A stretch of DNA of 64,000 nt from Chiloscyllium plagiosum. Its lineage: Eukaryota. The stretch is taken from contig NC_057728.1 of NCBI RefSeq assembly GCF_004010195.1, forward strand, positions 46,404,645 to 46,468,644. The letters run 5' to 3'. A program made the translations under genes and the position numbers. The number at the start of each line of letters is the position of its first letter. Within the stretch, counting starts at the first letter, position 1. The notes beneath the pieces are model-generated. The model had not been told where the DNA came from and did no database searches. It saw only the letters and a program-made list of their open reading frames with translations. Of the stretch, positions 12,341 through 25,049 are shown in pieces.

Positions 12341-15222
12341 AAACTTATTAGGTCAAATGTCAGAAGCTCCAAAATAAATTCCTTGGAAAGCAATCCTTTC
12401 TAGTAGGGGAAATCAGTGATATGACAGAAAATAACAGAGCTTGGCTGTATAATGGGTTATCTATGGGGAAAAAGACTGACAGGAAATATTTTATATGGTA
12501 AATGTGCTAAAGGGGTTTCTGTTTATGTTATGTTGACTGAGTCCATTCTGCTGATGTCTGCTGATGTGGGGCAAATAATTCTACTCTAGCTTTTAAAAGG
12601 GGCAGATTAATTTGTAGCAGCTCCTAAGGTTTTAATAATCAAACCTCACCAAATATATTTGTACCTATTACTCTCTCACAATAAACCTTCTTTTTATTTA
12701 AGAACAGTATAACTTCTGTAGATATTCTACAGTTGTATATCCATTTCCATTATTCAATCGTTAGGCCAAAGACAAAGGTGGATTGGAGGCAGCAAATTAT
12801 TGCAAACAACCCTTAACCATATGGGTAGATGTGGAAAATAAGGTACCCAGAAGTAGTCAGTCATCGCACACAGCAGTAGCAGATTATTACCCTGTTAGCT
12901 CCATGGTTTTTCCCTTCTAGGCTATGAGATGGATAACATTAGGAATGTGTCCCTCTAGTGGCATACTATTCACAAGTATACTGAATCATTTTCATCCTCG
13001 ACAAGGTTGAACAAAGGAACAGGTCAGTTACCTGAATTCTAACCACACACAAAGTTCACTTGTCAAAAAAAATAACAGATGGAACATGAAGGGGATTGTT
13101 CACGATGAACCACAATGCAAACCCCAAATTTGAATGAAAACTAATAACATTTAATGTCATTAATCTGCATTCCTAGATGCACCAATTAAGATATCACTCT
13201 GTATACATGGTTCAGGTGATGATTTTGTGGATGTAGTTATGGAAATATTCTGGTAAATGGCAGAACAAAGGCCGGACTGTTGTAAGATTGAAGATTGAGA
13301 TTAAACAAGTTGAGATACTCAAAAGAAGAATACGACAAACCTTTGATTTGGGGAAAAAAACAATGCTGTCTTGACTCATTGTAGAGGTTGTGTTGTAGAA
13401 AGTGATGGAAGGAATAGCCAGGAGAGGGTCCTTTATTAAGGTGTCATTTATCCATTCACCTATGCTAAATACCCATTGGTCAGTAAAATCATTCAAGCGT
13501 GATAGCAAAGGCTTCAGTCACAAGTGACTGGATAATCTGGAGGGAGATGTGAAGAAAGTTGATCTGCAGGAAGACTCTACGGGATTAACATTTACAGGAA
13601 TTGATGAAATGAGAAAAGGTTAGAAAATACACTCCCTGGGTTTGGTGAATGTAAGGGTTAGCAAGGCTATTTGAATGAATAGTTTGAGTTGTGCTCATAA
13701 GCATGCAGCAATTACCACCTTGTTTATCCCTTCAGAGGCTCGCAGGAGAGATAAGAGGTACAGAGAGAAACCGTGGGATTGTCCAAGTGGGGCTCAAGCT
13801 CAGGATAGAGTGTAGGAGTGTAAGTGATGAATGGTTAGACTACAGATTTGAAAAACCAGAACATCACAGTGAGGAGAAAGAAAGGATGGGGGAATGACAA
13901 GAAAAAGGGGTCTAGGAAACATAAACAGAAGAAAGGGGCAGAAAGTAGTAAAGGAGGGAAAGATGATGGAGATGAGTCAGGAGCAACAGCTAAAACATGA
14001 ATGTAAATGGACATGAGGAAAGTTACAGAGACCTAGTTATATTGCCAAATTTGTTTTGGTATGCACAGGTAATGATCAGAGGGCTGAAAGAAGACAATAG
14101 GAGGGAACCAGTCTTAAAATGACAGATCTTTTGGTGAAATAAAGTTGATGCAGATAGGATGAAGTGCAGTATATAAATGCTGTTGTGATAAGCAATCTCC
14201 CATGTGTACTAAAATAAATACTTGTGATTGGCTCGAGAAAGTAAATAGTGGTTTTCTTGTCTATTGCAGAGAGAGAAGTAAATACTGCAATCATTTAAAT
14301 TAACTACCAGCATGTAAAATGGGAAATATCTATTCAATGTCTATCTGTTTACAATGTGGATTTCATAGCACTTTTTCTTTTTCCCTGATTCATCCAACAT
14401 TTGTTGTGATACCAGCTTGCATAGAAATTCCAGCTTATTATAGGTTGACACTATTGGATTGAAATAAAATGCAGGAAAGGCACTTATGCAAAATAGGTGA
14501 AGGATTTTTTTTGAATGAGGATTTGAGGACAGGGACATCCTAGTTTCATTTCCTGGCGCACAGGACCTCCATTCATAATTAAGCTCACGTGAATTGACTG
14601 TCTGCAATTATTAAGCAATAGTAAGTATGCAGAGGCTGATTTTCAGAACATAGTCATGGGAAAGCAAACATATTGCAGCCATTTCTTCACCTTTTCTCTA
14701 TTTGTTTTCTTATGCTGGTAGTTAGGTTCTCACTGGCATTTGTGGCAAATTCTTTTATTTTGAAATTACCTTCAGCAGCATTACTGCCAAATCCATTTTC
14801 TGATAGGATTTTTCTGAAATGAATATATTTGAAAGAGAAGGGGGACGAATGAATGAAATACTACATGGCTCAGTCAGAACAGCAGATGGCCTGTGCCTAC
14901 CTGTCAATTTGCACAAACCTGCATCTGCAGGCAGAAGTGAAATATATAGCTTTGACAGATGTTAAGTGTGTGATTAGCCTCCTATTCCCTGAAAGTAAAA
15001 CTAGGATAGCAATCCCAGTGACATCAACAAGGAATTTAAATGACTACCTTAATATAACAACTATAGCCTGAATTTGCATAGCACCTTTCAATATAGAAAC
15101 AATCATCATCAAATGTTTTACGATGTAAAAGGTGTCATATAAGTTCATAAGATGCTTTATAATAGGACAGTTGTAAAGTGAGCCAAATGTGAAGACATTA
15201 CGAAGCTGATCGGAGTATATTG

Positions 15223-15556
15223 GATTAGATTAGATTAGATTCCCTACAGTGTGGAAACAGACCCTTCGGCCCAACAAGTCCACACCTACCCTCCGAATAG
15301 CAACCCAACCAGACCCATTCCCCTACGTTTATCCCCGACTAATGCACCTAACACTACGGGCAATTTAGCATGGCCAATTCACCTGACCTGCACATCTTTG
15401 TTCTGTGGGAGGAAACCGGAGCACCCAGAGGAAACCCACGTAGACACAGGGAGAATGTGCAAACTCCACACAGTCAGTCGCCTGAGGCCGGAAATTGAAC
15501 CCGGGTCCCTGGCGCTGTGAGGCGGCAGCGCTAACCACTGAGCCAATGTGCCGCCC
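15223..15556 (-). mobile_element. HE1-like V-SINE
   Basis: Full length with (TCTAA)n tail. Confidence 0.9.
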
Positions 15557-16647
15557 CCATGTCAAAACTGATTTTAAAAGAAAGGTTTTTTGAAAAGAGA
15601 GAAGGAGGCTTATTGTCAGAGGACATTAGAGAAGAAATTCCAGTGTATGTGGCTGAATGTTAAGTACAGGATGAAAAGAGAAGTAGTTGTGCAAAAGCTG
15701 CAGTCAGATGTTTAAAGTTTCAGCCTATGTTTGATTACTGAGATCGAGGGAGGAGCAGGGGGATGATGGCAACATGGACAGATTTCCACCTGAAGATGAG
15801 AATTTCTAGCTTCAGTGTTTGGAGAACAAAAGCCAACGTAGATCAAGAAAGACTGAGGTGATAGTTGAACAAAAAGAAAAGCTTATATTTATTTAATACC
15901 TTCCATGACCACAGGATATGTCAAAGTATGTTATAGCCAATGAAATATTTCCGAAATGCACTCATTGTTGTAATGAAGGGAATTGGGAGGAAGTGTTGCA
16001 AATAAAGTAGATATAAAAATCTTTGAATGAACTGATGTTTTAAGGAGTAAAGGATAGACGTCTATTGGGAAGCCATTGGAATAATAGAGCCTGCAGTTAA
16101 AAATAGCAGAGAAGAGGGTTTTGTGGTATATTAGTCTGGGGTGGTGTACAGCTGAGGAATATTATCAAGGTGAAAATAAATCATTTTGGTAAAAGGAAAC
16201 ATGTGATTACATAAGCTCTGCTTTGGGTTAATTAGGATGTTGAGGCATTGAACAGTCAGGATCAACCTGAAACTGACGATTTAGCAGCATGGAGTTTCTC
16301 ATAAGTATACAAAGTTTGTAGAGGTATTCGATATGATGGCATTATTCTTTCCAATGTTCAACTGGGAGAAATTGTGGGTCATCCAAGACTGTTAACAAAG
16401 ATGTGACAAGAGATGTTAAAAGACAAATGTCATCTGTTGTCCCCCTTTCCTTGGATGTTTCCAAAGACAGGGTTGAGACAGGACACAATCCGAGGAGGTT
16501 CCCAAAATGATCATGTAGTGGTGGGAGGTCATGGTAGAAGTGCCCTGCTGTAAGCAGATCAGTATGCCTGGAACCACACAAGATCCATCTGCAAATAAGA
16601 ACAGGAAGAAGGAAGAAAGGTATTAGAGGAGAATGGTATGTTTTTTT

Positions 16648-16988
16648 CATAGAATCACTAGTGTGGAAACAGACCATTTGGTCCATCAAGTTCACACCGA
16701 CCCTCCAAAGAGTATCCCACGCAGACCTATTCCCATCCCCCTATTACTCTACATTTCCCTTGGCTAATATACCTAGCCTATGCATCCCTGAACACTACGG
16801 ACAATTTAGCATATCCAATTTACCTAACCTGCACATCTTTGGACTGTGAGACAAAACTGGAATACCTGGAGGAAACCCACGCAGACTTGGGAAGAATGTG
16901 CAAACTCTACACAGCCCGAGGCTGGAATCAAAACCAGGTTCCTGGTGCTGTGAGGTAGCAGCGCTAACCACTGTCCCACTGTGCCACC
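16648..16988 (-). mobile_element. HE1-like V-SINE (older)
   Basis: Diverged full-length copy. Confidence 0.85.
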
Positions 16989-18005
16989 CATAACAATTAA
17001 TGATAGTTAAGGCAGCAATGTGGTTGAAGAGGAATGGGTCCATCACCTACTATGATCACTGATGCACACAATGTTGCTTGAATGTTGACAATTGGTCCTT
17101 GAAGTGGCAGTAGAAGGACAACAATCTAACTGGACGGAAGTTGTTCAAATAATTTTGAGAGCTGGGCATAAATATGGTAGGGAAAAGCGGGAAGGGGAGA
17201 AAAGATCAGAGCTAAAATGTTTATTTATTTGGAGAAAGGGATTAAAGGTGGTTGTTTGGGGTTGGTATTATAAAGTCATAGGGTTTTACAGCATGGAAAA
17301 AGGCTCACCATGTCTGTTCTGGACTTCATTGTAACCTCATTTTCCAGCACTTGACCCATAACCTTGTATTCTATGGCATCTCAAATGCTCATCTAAATAA
17401 TACTTAAATATCTTGAGGTTTCCTGCCTGTAACACCTTTTTAGGCAGTCAGTTCCAGATATGTACAAACTTCTGGATGGTAAATGTTTTCCTCCAATCCT
17501 CTTGAAAGTTCCCTCTCTTTAAGTTAGAACTGTACCTCCTGCTTATTGACCCCTCTATGAAGCTGAAAGCTTTCTTCCCATTTACTCTCTCTTGTGCATT
17601 CACTTCTTTCCTGCAGTGTGGCCACCACAACTGCACAAAGTACTGGCCTAAATTACATTGTCTACATTTCCATTATAATTTTGTTCTTGTATTCAATCTC
17701 TGACTAATAATGGCAAGTTTCCCATCTGCCTTCTTAACCATCTTCTCTGCCTGTCTTGCTGTTTTTGAGGACATGGACATGCACCTCTGAACCATTGTTC
17801 TTCCCAGGCCCCTGCCATTCAATGTGTATTTTCTTGCCTTGTAAGTCATCCCAAAATGCATCACATCATGCTTTTGGATATTAATTTCATCTGTCATAGT
17901 TCAGCTCATTTGACTAGCCCATCTATATTGTCCTGCAGTCTCAGACTTTCCTCTTACTATTTACACCATCAATTTTCATTTCATCTGTGAGCTTACTGAT
18001 CATAT

Positions 18006-18655
18006 TGATACAAAGCTAGTCCCTTTTTTGCTAAAAGCTGTTCCTTGGCTCAAGGAGACTCTGTCCTTGTTTTGTTTCAGAGCTGCAATAAAGCGGGTCG
18101 GACTCTGGTCAGTCTTCTTTGGTACAGAGATAAAAAGGATTTTGAGAGGCTTTTTGTTTATATGTAAACAGATGAGACTTCAGGCCAAAGTGATCATGCT
18201 TTAGAAGTGACATGTATACTGAGAGGGGTGTAGTCAGCTGTTTAGCTGAGCTGAGCTAAGCTGTTTATAGTTCAGTCTTGAACTGGGAAGTTCAACAGGG
18301 AACTGTGTGGAAACTCTGTCTCTTTTCTGCCCTTCAACTTCAACCTATAAACATGTGTTCCATTTATACTGGGTTTTAAAGGGAGATTTCTTATTGGAAC
18401 TGTTGGGTGTATTCGGAACAGCATAATTAAGTCTAGCTGGATAGTTTGAGCTCTGTAGGGGTTCTTCATTCTGTTCTTTGTGTTTCATTGTGTAATTTTA
18501 TGAATAAATTTTTTGTCTGTTTTAAAAATTAGTAGTCAACCTAGCTATCTTACTCTGGGTAATTTTCACTGTACACTTACCAAAACAATTTGCAAAGTTA
18601 GGTCTAGGACTGCCTATTTAAGAATGTTTTGAGTGGTCTGGCCTAGTCCATAACA
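18006..18655. mobile_element. Probable solo LTR (650 bp)
   Basis: TG...CA termini (TGATAC / ATAACA), flanks ATAT / ATAG, internal AATAAA; the CR1 sequence resumes collinearly on both sides. Confidence 0.65.
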
Positions 18656-18978
18656 ATAGCTTCTACAGTCATGTCTCAATCATTAAAGTACCCAGCACTG
18701 AACTCTGTAGTAGACCACTGGACATAGGCTTTCAATCAGGAAAACACCCTTTGCCCATTGCTCTCTACTTCCTGCCAATGTTGGATTATATAGACTCTCA
18801 CATTCTGAACCAGTCTGCGAGGTGCAACCTTGTCATATGGCTGACTTAAGTGCATGTAGACAACATCAGTAGTGCTGCCCTCAGCTACATATCAAGCCAT
18901 TTCCTCAGAAATTCAATCAAATTGAGAGTCACGATCTTCCCCCTATACAGCCATGCTGATTAATCATAATTTATCCTT

Positions 18979-19298
18979 GATTAGATTAGATTAGATTACT
19001 TACAGTGTGGAAACAGGCCCTTCGGCCCAACAAGTCCACACCGACCCACCGAAGCGTAACCCATCCATACCCCTACATTTACCCCTTTACCTAATATTAC
19101 GGGCAATTTAGCATGGCCAGTTCACCTGACTTGCACATCTTTGGACTGTGGGAGGAAACCGGAGCCCCCGGAGGAAACCCACGCAGACACGGGGAGAACG
19201 TGCAAACTCCACACAGTCAGTCGCCTGAGGCGGGAATTGAACCCGGGTCTCTGGCGCTGCGAGGCAGCAGTGCTAACCACTGTGCCACCGTGCCACCC
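18979..19298 (-). mobile_element. HE1-like V-SINE (young subfamily)
   Basis: CpGs retained; A box TGGCACAGTGG, B box GGTTCAATTCC; (TCTAA)n tail. Confidence 0.92.
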
Positions 19299-20509
19299 AC
19301 TGTTTGTTACCTCTCCAAGCGCAGATTAATTATTCCCTCAGAAATTGTTTTCCAATGTTTCCCTACCACTGATGTTAGATTTATTGGTCTGTAGTTTCCC
19401 AGTTTATCCCTACAACCTTTCTTGAATAATGGCATCACATTAATTGTCTTCCAGTTAAAATTAATGCCAGAGCCCCTGCAATTTCCTCCTCTGTTTCCCA
19501 TTTTATCTGAGCCTGGGGATTTATCCACTTTCAAATCTCCTACGATTATGAATACCTCCTCCCTCTCAATGCTAACTTGTTCAAATATATGGCCCCACAC
19601 CTCCCTGATCTCTAGACCTATGTTGTCCTTCTCTATTGTGAATTTAGATTCAAAGTACTTGTTTAACTCCTCGGTTATGTTTTCTGACTCCACACACAGT
19701 TTCCAACTTTGGATGCTTATGGGCCTGACTCTTTCATGTCCCCTCTTTGCTCTCCTAATTTTGTTTTTTAGCAACCACCTGCACTTCCCATAGTTCTCTA
19801 GCACATCTGAAGTGTTGAGCCTACAGAACCTACCATAACCTTTTTCTTCTTATTGAACCCCTGTACCTTCCTTGATATCCAAGGTTCTCTCTGCTTGTTG
19901 GTCTCACCCTTCACCTTTATGGGAACATATTGGCCACGTACTCTCACAATTGCCCTTCCGATGTGAGTTTTCCTGCAAGTAGCTGCTCCTCTGTCCAAAT
20001 TGGCCGGATTCCTATTAAAACCCAGCTTTCCCCATTCAGAACCTTTATTTCCAGTCCATCTTTGTCCTCGTCCAAAATTAGCTAAAATCTTACTGAATTA
20101 GAGTCATTATTACTGAAACCCTCCCCTACTGCCATATCTACCACTTTGTTCCCTAAAATTAGTTCCGGTGCCATCTCCTTTCTTGTTTGACTTTGTACAT
20201 GCTGACTTAAAAATCTCTCCTGGACACATTTTAAGAATTCTCTTCCTTTCAAACCTTTCACACTTTGTATGTTCCAATTAATATTGGGAACGATGATAAA
20301 CCCCTACTTTTATTACTCTAGTATTTTTACACTTCTCTGAGATTTGCCCACACGTCTGTCTTTTTATCTCCCTCTTGTTTGGGGTCTGTAGTATACACTC
20401 AGCAAAGTGATTATCCCCCTTTAGCTTTTAACTTCTGCCCGTATTGTCTCATATGAGGAACCTTCTAAGATATCAACTCTCATTTCTGCAGTAACTGGGT
20501 CTATTGGAA

Positions 20510-20832
20510 GATTAGATTAGATTAGATTAGATTACATTACAGTATGGAAACAGGCCCTTCGGCCCAACAAGTCCACACCGACCCGCCGAAGCGCAACCCA
20601 CCCATACCCCTACATTTACCCCTATACCTAACACTACGGGCAATTTAGCATGGCCAATTCACCTGACCTGCACATCTTTTGGACTGTGGGAGGAAACCGG
20701 AGCACCCGGAGGAAACCCACGCAGACACGGGGAGAACATGCAAACTCCACAGTCAGTCGCCTGAGTCGGGAATTGAACCCGGGTCTCTGGCGCTGCGAGG
20801 CAGCAGTGCTAACCACTGTGCCACCGTGCCGT
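20510..20832 (-). mobile_element. HE1-like V-SINE (young subfamily)
   Basis: Near-identical to the 18979 copy. Confidence 0.92.
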
Positions 20833-22690
20833 CCTTGGTCAATATTGCAATGCCACCTCCTCTTTTATACTTTCACTCCCCCATCTTGCCTAATAATGCT
20901 GTACCCAGAATATTGAGCTGCCAGTCCTTCCTCTCCCTCAACTATGTCTCCATGAAAACAATTATGCCAAATTCCCATGTGTTATTCAACACCTTCAAAT
21001 CAGCTGCCTGACTCATAAGATTCCTTGAACTAACAGCCATCCAGCCTTGCCATGCTCCCATGTGCCTTAACTTGGCTTTATTTGCACTGTCTACTCAACT
21101 GACCTGGCTCTTCTTTTATAGTTGTCTGTGCAATACCCTCTACTTTTACCCCAACAAACGCACTAGTAAACCTCCCTGCAAGGATATCAGACTTGTACAG
21201 GTTCCACCTTATCTAGAAATGGATGCAGTGCCTAGTAATCTAAAACTGTCCCTCCCTCACCAACTCTTCAGCCATGATTGCATCTGTTCTATGTCCCAAT
21301 TCCTATATTCACGGGTTCATAGCACTGGGAGTAATCCCGAGATTACAGCTGTTTCAGATTTTTTTATAATCTGCTACTTAGTCCCCTAAATCCTTAGAGC
21401 AGACCTCACTTCTCTTTCAATCGATATTGTTCCCAGTGTGAACTAGGATATCTAACTGTCCTCTCCCTTCAGAGTGCCCTGCAATCATTCAGTGATATCC
21501 TTGACCCTGGCCGCAGGGAGACATTACACCATCCTGGAATCACATCTGTTGCCACAGAAACACCAGTCTGTACCCCTTGTTATTGAATCTCCTTACAAAC
21601 TTGTTCTCCTTCTTATTCTACTTCCCTTTTGTGCAGCTGGAGTCTGGCTCCCCAAAGGAACTGCCACTCTCAGTGTTTTCCAATACAGAGCATCTGTTCT
21701 TGAGTGAGATATGCTTTGGGGATTTCCTGATTACCTTTCTTCCGACGGCTGGTTACCCATTCCCTCTCTGATTACACATCCTTAAGCTGCAGGATGACCC
21801 CATCTAAAACCATACAATCCACAGAACTCCCAGCCTCACAAATACACTGCTTTGCTTCCAGCTGACACTCTAACTCTAAAGCCCTGTGCTCAAAATGATC
21901 AAACTGATGGCACTTCCTGCAGGTGTGGTCATCCAGGAGCATCCACAAACTCCCACAAACTGCAGGCCATGTAAAACGTGGGACTGAGCTCACCTGACAT
22001 TCCTAATCTTAATCTTAAACTTGTTTCCATTACATTAACATTATGCTCCTTCACTTACCTCACTTTGTCTTACTTATATACTTTACTGTCTTGCTTCTGA
22101 CTTACATTTATTTCTGCTACTTAATAATACACTTTTCTAAATTACCACAATTTACAGATAGACTTTAATTACAGTTCTTGAGCTAATTCATTTGTAGGTT
22201 TTGTGATACCACTCCTGTTTGATTCAACAAGAACTGATTTTGGGATACTTTGTACCATTGGTAGCAGTTTTGAAAATGAAGTGGAGCAGTGCTTGACAAA
22301 GAGCAGCTATTTACCATATCAAAGCAGCTAAAGGGGATGCTGAGTGATCATTATTCTGGTGGACATGGAGTTCTAGAAGTAGAAAGTGTATGAGATAAGC
22401 TCATAAAGGGAGTGGAAGAATGATGGCAGGAACTGTGAAGATAGATGAGAGTTCAGGGTTAGAATGAAGGCCCACTGGGGGAAATTTGTTTTAATTAACA
22501 AGGGAGAGTCAATTGAATAAATGTATTGAGATACAAAGAAATCAATGAGCTTCTCACTCATAATATTAGACATGAGAGTTCTGGAGACAGCTGATTGGAT
22601 GAAAAATCAACTGGATGTTTTCTTTGTTTTCCGTATGTTTCCAACATAGTATCTGGTTTTGCAAATACTAAAGCCTGGTAAAACTTAATA

Positions 22691-22782
22691 ACTTCCTGAA
22701 GAAGGGCTTATGCCCGAAACGTCGATTCTCCTGTTCCCTGGATGCTGCCTGACCTGCTGCGCTTTTCCAGCAACACATTTCC
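22691..22782 (+). mobile_element. Family B Penelope-like short insertion with intact hammerhead core
   Basis: CTGAAGA(22696)-A-GGGC-TTAT-GCCC-GAAACGTC; 11-bp TSD AAAACTTAATA (22680-22690 / 22783-22793). Confidence 0.75.
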
Positions 22783-23414
22783 AAAACTTAATATCAGCCA
22801 GCCTCAGCTGGTGATCGATAGCTAAACCAACTGATTGTCAGGCATGCTGAAGTTTGTTTTCCTAAGCTTGAAAGAGCAAGGATGGATTTGTACCGGGGTA
22901 ATAATTGTGAATGGAGAGAATAAGATTTTACTGAAGGGAAAGATACTCTTTGCAAAATGAAGGTAGTCACTGAGTGATTCAATTATTTCATTGTCATGAA
23001 TAAATGGGCAAAGGCTGGGATTTCATTTCAAAATGTGGTTGTAAGTAATTCTGCAGAACTTTAATTGTGATATTCAATGCTTCTTCGAAAGCAATCCAAT
23101 CATAATGTGCCATTCGTTTGATGGCGCTACATGTAAAAAGATATGTCATGGTTATCAGAACCAGACGGTCAATGAGCAAATGGATAATTCTATTGTGCTG
23201 AAGATGCAGAAGGGTATTATTTGTAATTTAGGCCAAGGTAGTCTTGCAACTCTAAACAAGGTGAATGCTGAACTGAAGGAACTTAAATAGACAGGTTTAA
23301 GAGAAGTGTGTATACTTCTGGTCTGCAGTTAAAAGGCCTTTGTAAGAAACAGAAGGTTACAGAATGGACAGTAAATGAGATTGGATGAGTCAAGGTTTTT
23401 TTTAAGAATAGAGC

Positions 23415-23890
23415 ACCATAAAATCACACAGCACAGAAAAAGACCGATTGGTCCAACCAGCCCATGCCGAGCATAATCCCAGACTAAACTAGTCCAACTT
23501 TCCTGCGCTTGACCCATATCTGTCTTAGGTAAAAACAAAGATGAAAGGCTTTTGCCCGAAACATCGATTTTCCTGTTCCTTGGATGCTGCCTGAACTGCT
23601 GTGCTTTTCCAGCACGACTTTCATCTAGACCCATATATCTGTCTTATGCATGTACTTATCTAAATGTCTTTTAAATGTTGTAACTATTCCCACATCCACC
23701 ACTTCCTCTGGAAGTTCATTCCACACACAAATAACTCTGTTTAAAAAATATGTCCTTCATGTCTTTTTTAAATCTTTCTCCACTCATCTTAAAAATATGC
23801 CCCCTAATCTTGAAAGCCCCACCCTAGGGAAAGGACAACTACCATTCACCTTATCTATACCCCTCCTGATTTTATAAACCTCTATAAGGA
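23415..23890 (-). mobile_element. CR1 LINE 3' fragment
   Basis: Homologous to the other CR1 3' ends (CCACCACTTCCTCTGGAAGTTCATTCCA). Confidence 0.75.
23528..23627 (+). mobile_element. Family B copy nested in a CR1 3' fragment
   Basis: GATGAAAGGCTTTTGCCCGAAACATCG...TTTTCCAGCA; flanked by near-duplicate GACCCATAT(AT)CTGTCTTA. Confidence 0.65.
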
Positions 23891-25049
23891 GTAGAAGTTT
23901 TGAAAAGGACAGGACAGAATTTGATCAATAGGAATTTACTAACAAGCAAGCAAAGGAACCAGGTGAATTCCATCCCAGAAAATTAAAATGCCGTATTGAA
24001 CATTACTGAAGAGAAAGACACATTGCTGAAGATTTTTTTCTTGCTGCCATCAAGACAAATGCAAGCGTGCCAAATTTCAAATGGTCTTAATTTATACTCC
24101 TGGAGAAAATGGTCCTGTTGAATTTGCAGTCATCTCTGATTGGAAGAAGCATTGCCATGGAAAAAGCAACAGGGGACTATGGATTTCCCATGCTTAAACC
24201 CAAAAAGGTGCAAGACCTTGATGTATTCATTTTGTTTGCAGAGGGTAGGTTTCTATGACTGTTTGGTGCCTCGAGCAAGCATAAATGAGCCACATTACAA
24301 GATTGACTGATTATCTTAAATTAGTTGTTCACATCACTATTAGTACACTCAGAATGTTTAACAAGTTTAGCAATTGCAGACATATCAAACAGCAAAGAGT
24401 TCATTTTGCAAGTGCCTGTACTCTGCCTATTGTGAAGTATCTGAAGCTGTCAAGTCCTGGTTCTAATTCATTAGCTGGCTTTTAGTGAAGTTAATATGCA
24501 ACTCTCCCCTTTAGAGGCTCTGTTCTGGATTCTACCTCGAGGTTAGAAAGCTTGTGTTCACATCCCACCTACTCACAGAAAATCGATGCAGGAGTAGGCC
24601 ATTCAGCCTTTGGAGCCTGCACCACCATTCAGAAGATCATGGCTGATCATGCAATCTCAGTATCTCACTCCCGCTTTCTCTATTACTCCAGAGTGTATCA
24701 TTAACATTGCTGAGCAATTTGATTAAAAGTACCTATAACTCTCACCTGAGGCACCTCTCGGTAATATTTTGAGTTTGACACTGTCAAATTTATGTGTCAT
24801 ATTTTTAAAAACTCAAGAACGTAGGCCTGACACTGGAGCAAACTTATCAACTAAACTTCAAATAGAAACAAATACAATCCAGATTGTTCTTTGCTTTCAT
24901 TCAGTGTTTTCTTAAAGGCAAATAGACCTTGTGACTTAAAAGGAGGCAGCTAAACCTCAGCACCAGAATAATAAATTGTGTTTCACACTTCATAATTGTG
25001 TACACAAAGAGTCTATTTCTAGGGGAGCAGTGCTGGCTGGGGTTTTGCA

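Larger units (their letters stand above)
17275..22000 (-). mobile_element. Old near-full-length CR1 LINE, interrupted by a solo LTR and two SINEs
   Basis: 3' tail near 17280; RT motifs KSPGSDK...PLFKKGCRDKLGNYRPINLTSVVGK (ORF 19307-19804); ORF1-like Cys motif DHTCRKCHQF...LELECQLE at 21772-21993. Confidence 0.75.

Noticed and set aside
19113..19394. Recurrent ORFs such as MDCGRKPEHPEETHADTGRTCKLH
   Set aside because: Translations of HE1 SINE copies, not genes.
20510..20535. (ATTAG)n runs as telomeric repeats or CRISPR-like arrays
   Set aside because: They are SINE 3' tails, not TTAGGG, and there is no repeat-spacer structure.
24957..24975. TCAGCACC as a promoter RE1 site
   Set aside because: Only 8 nt match, which is expected by chance.
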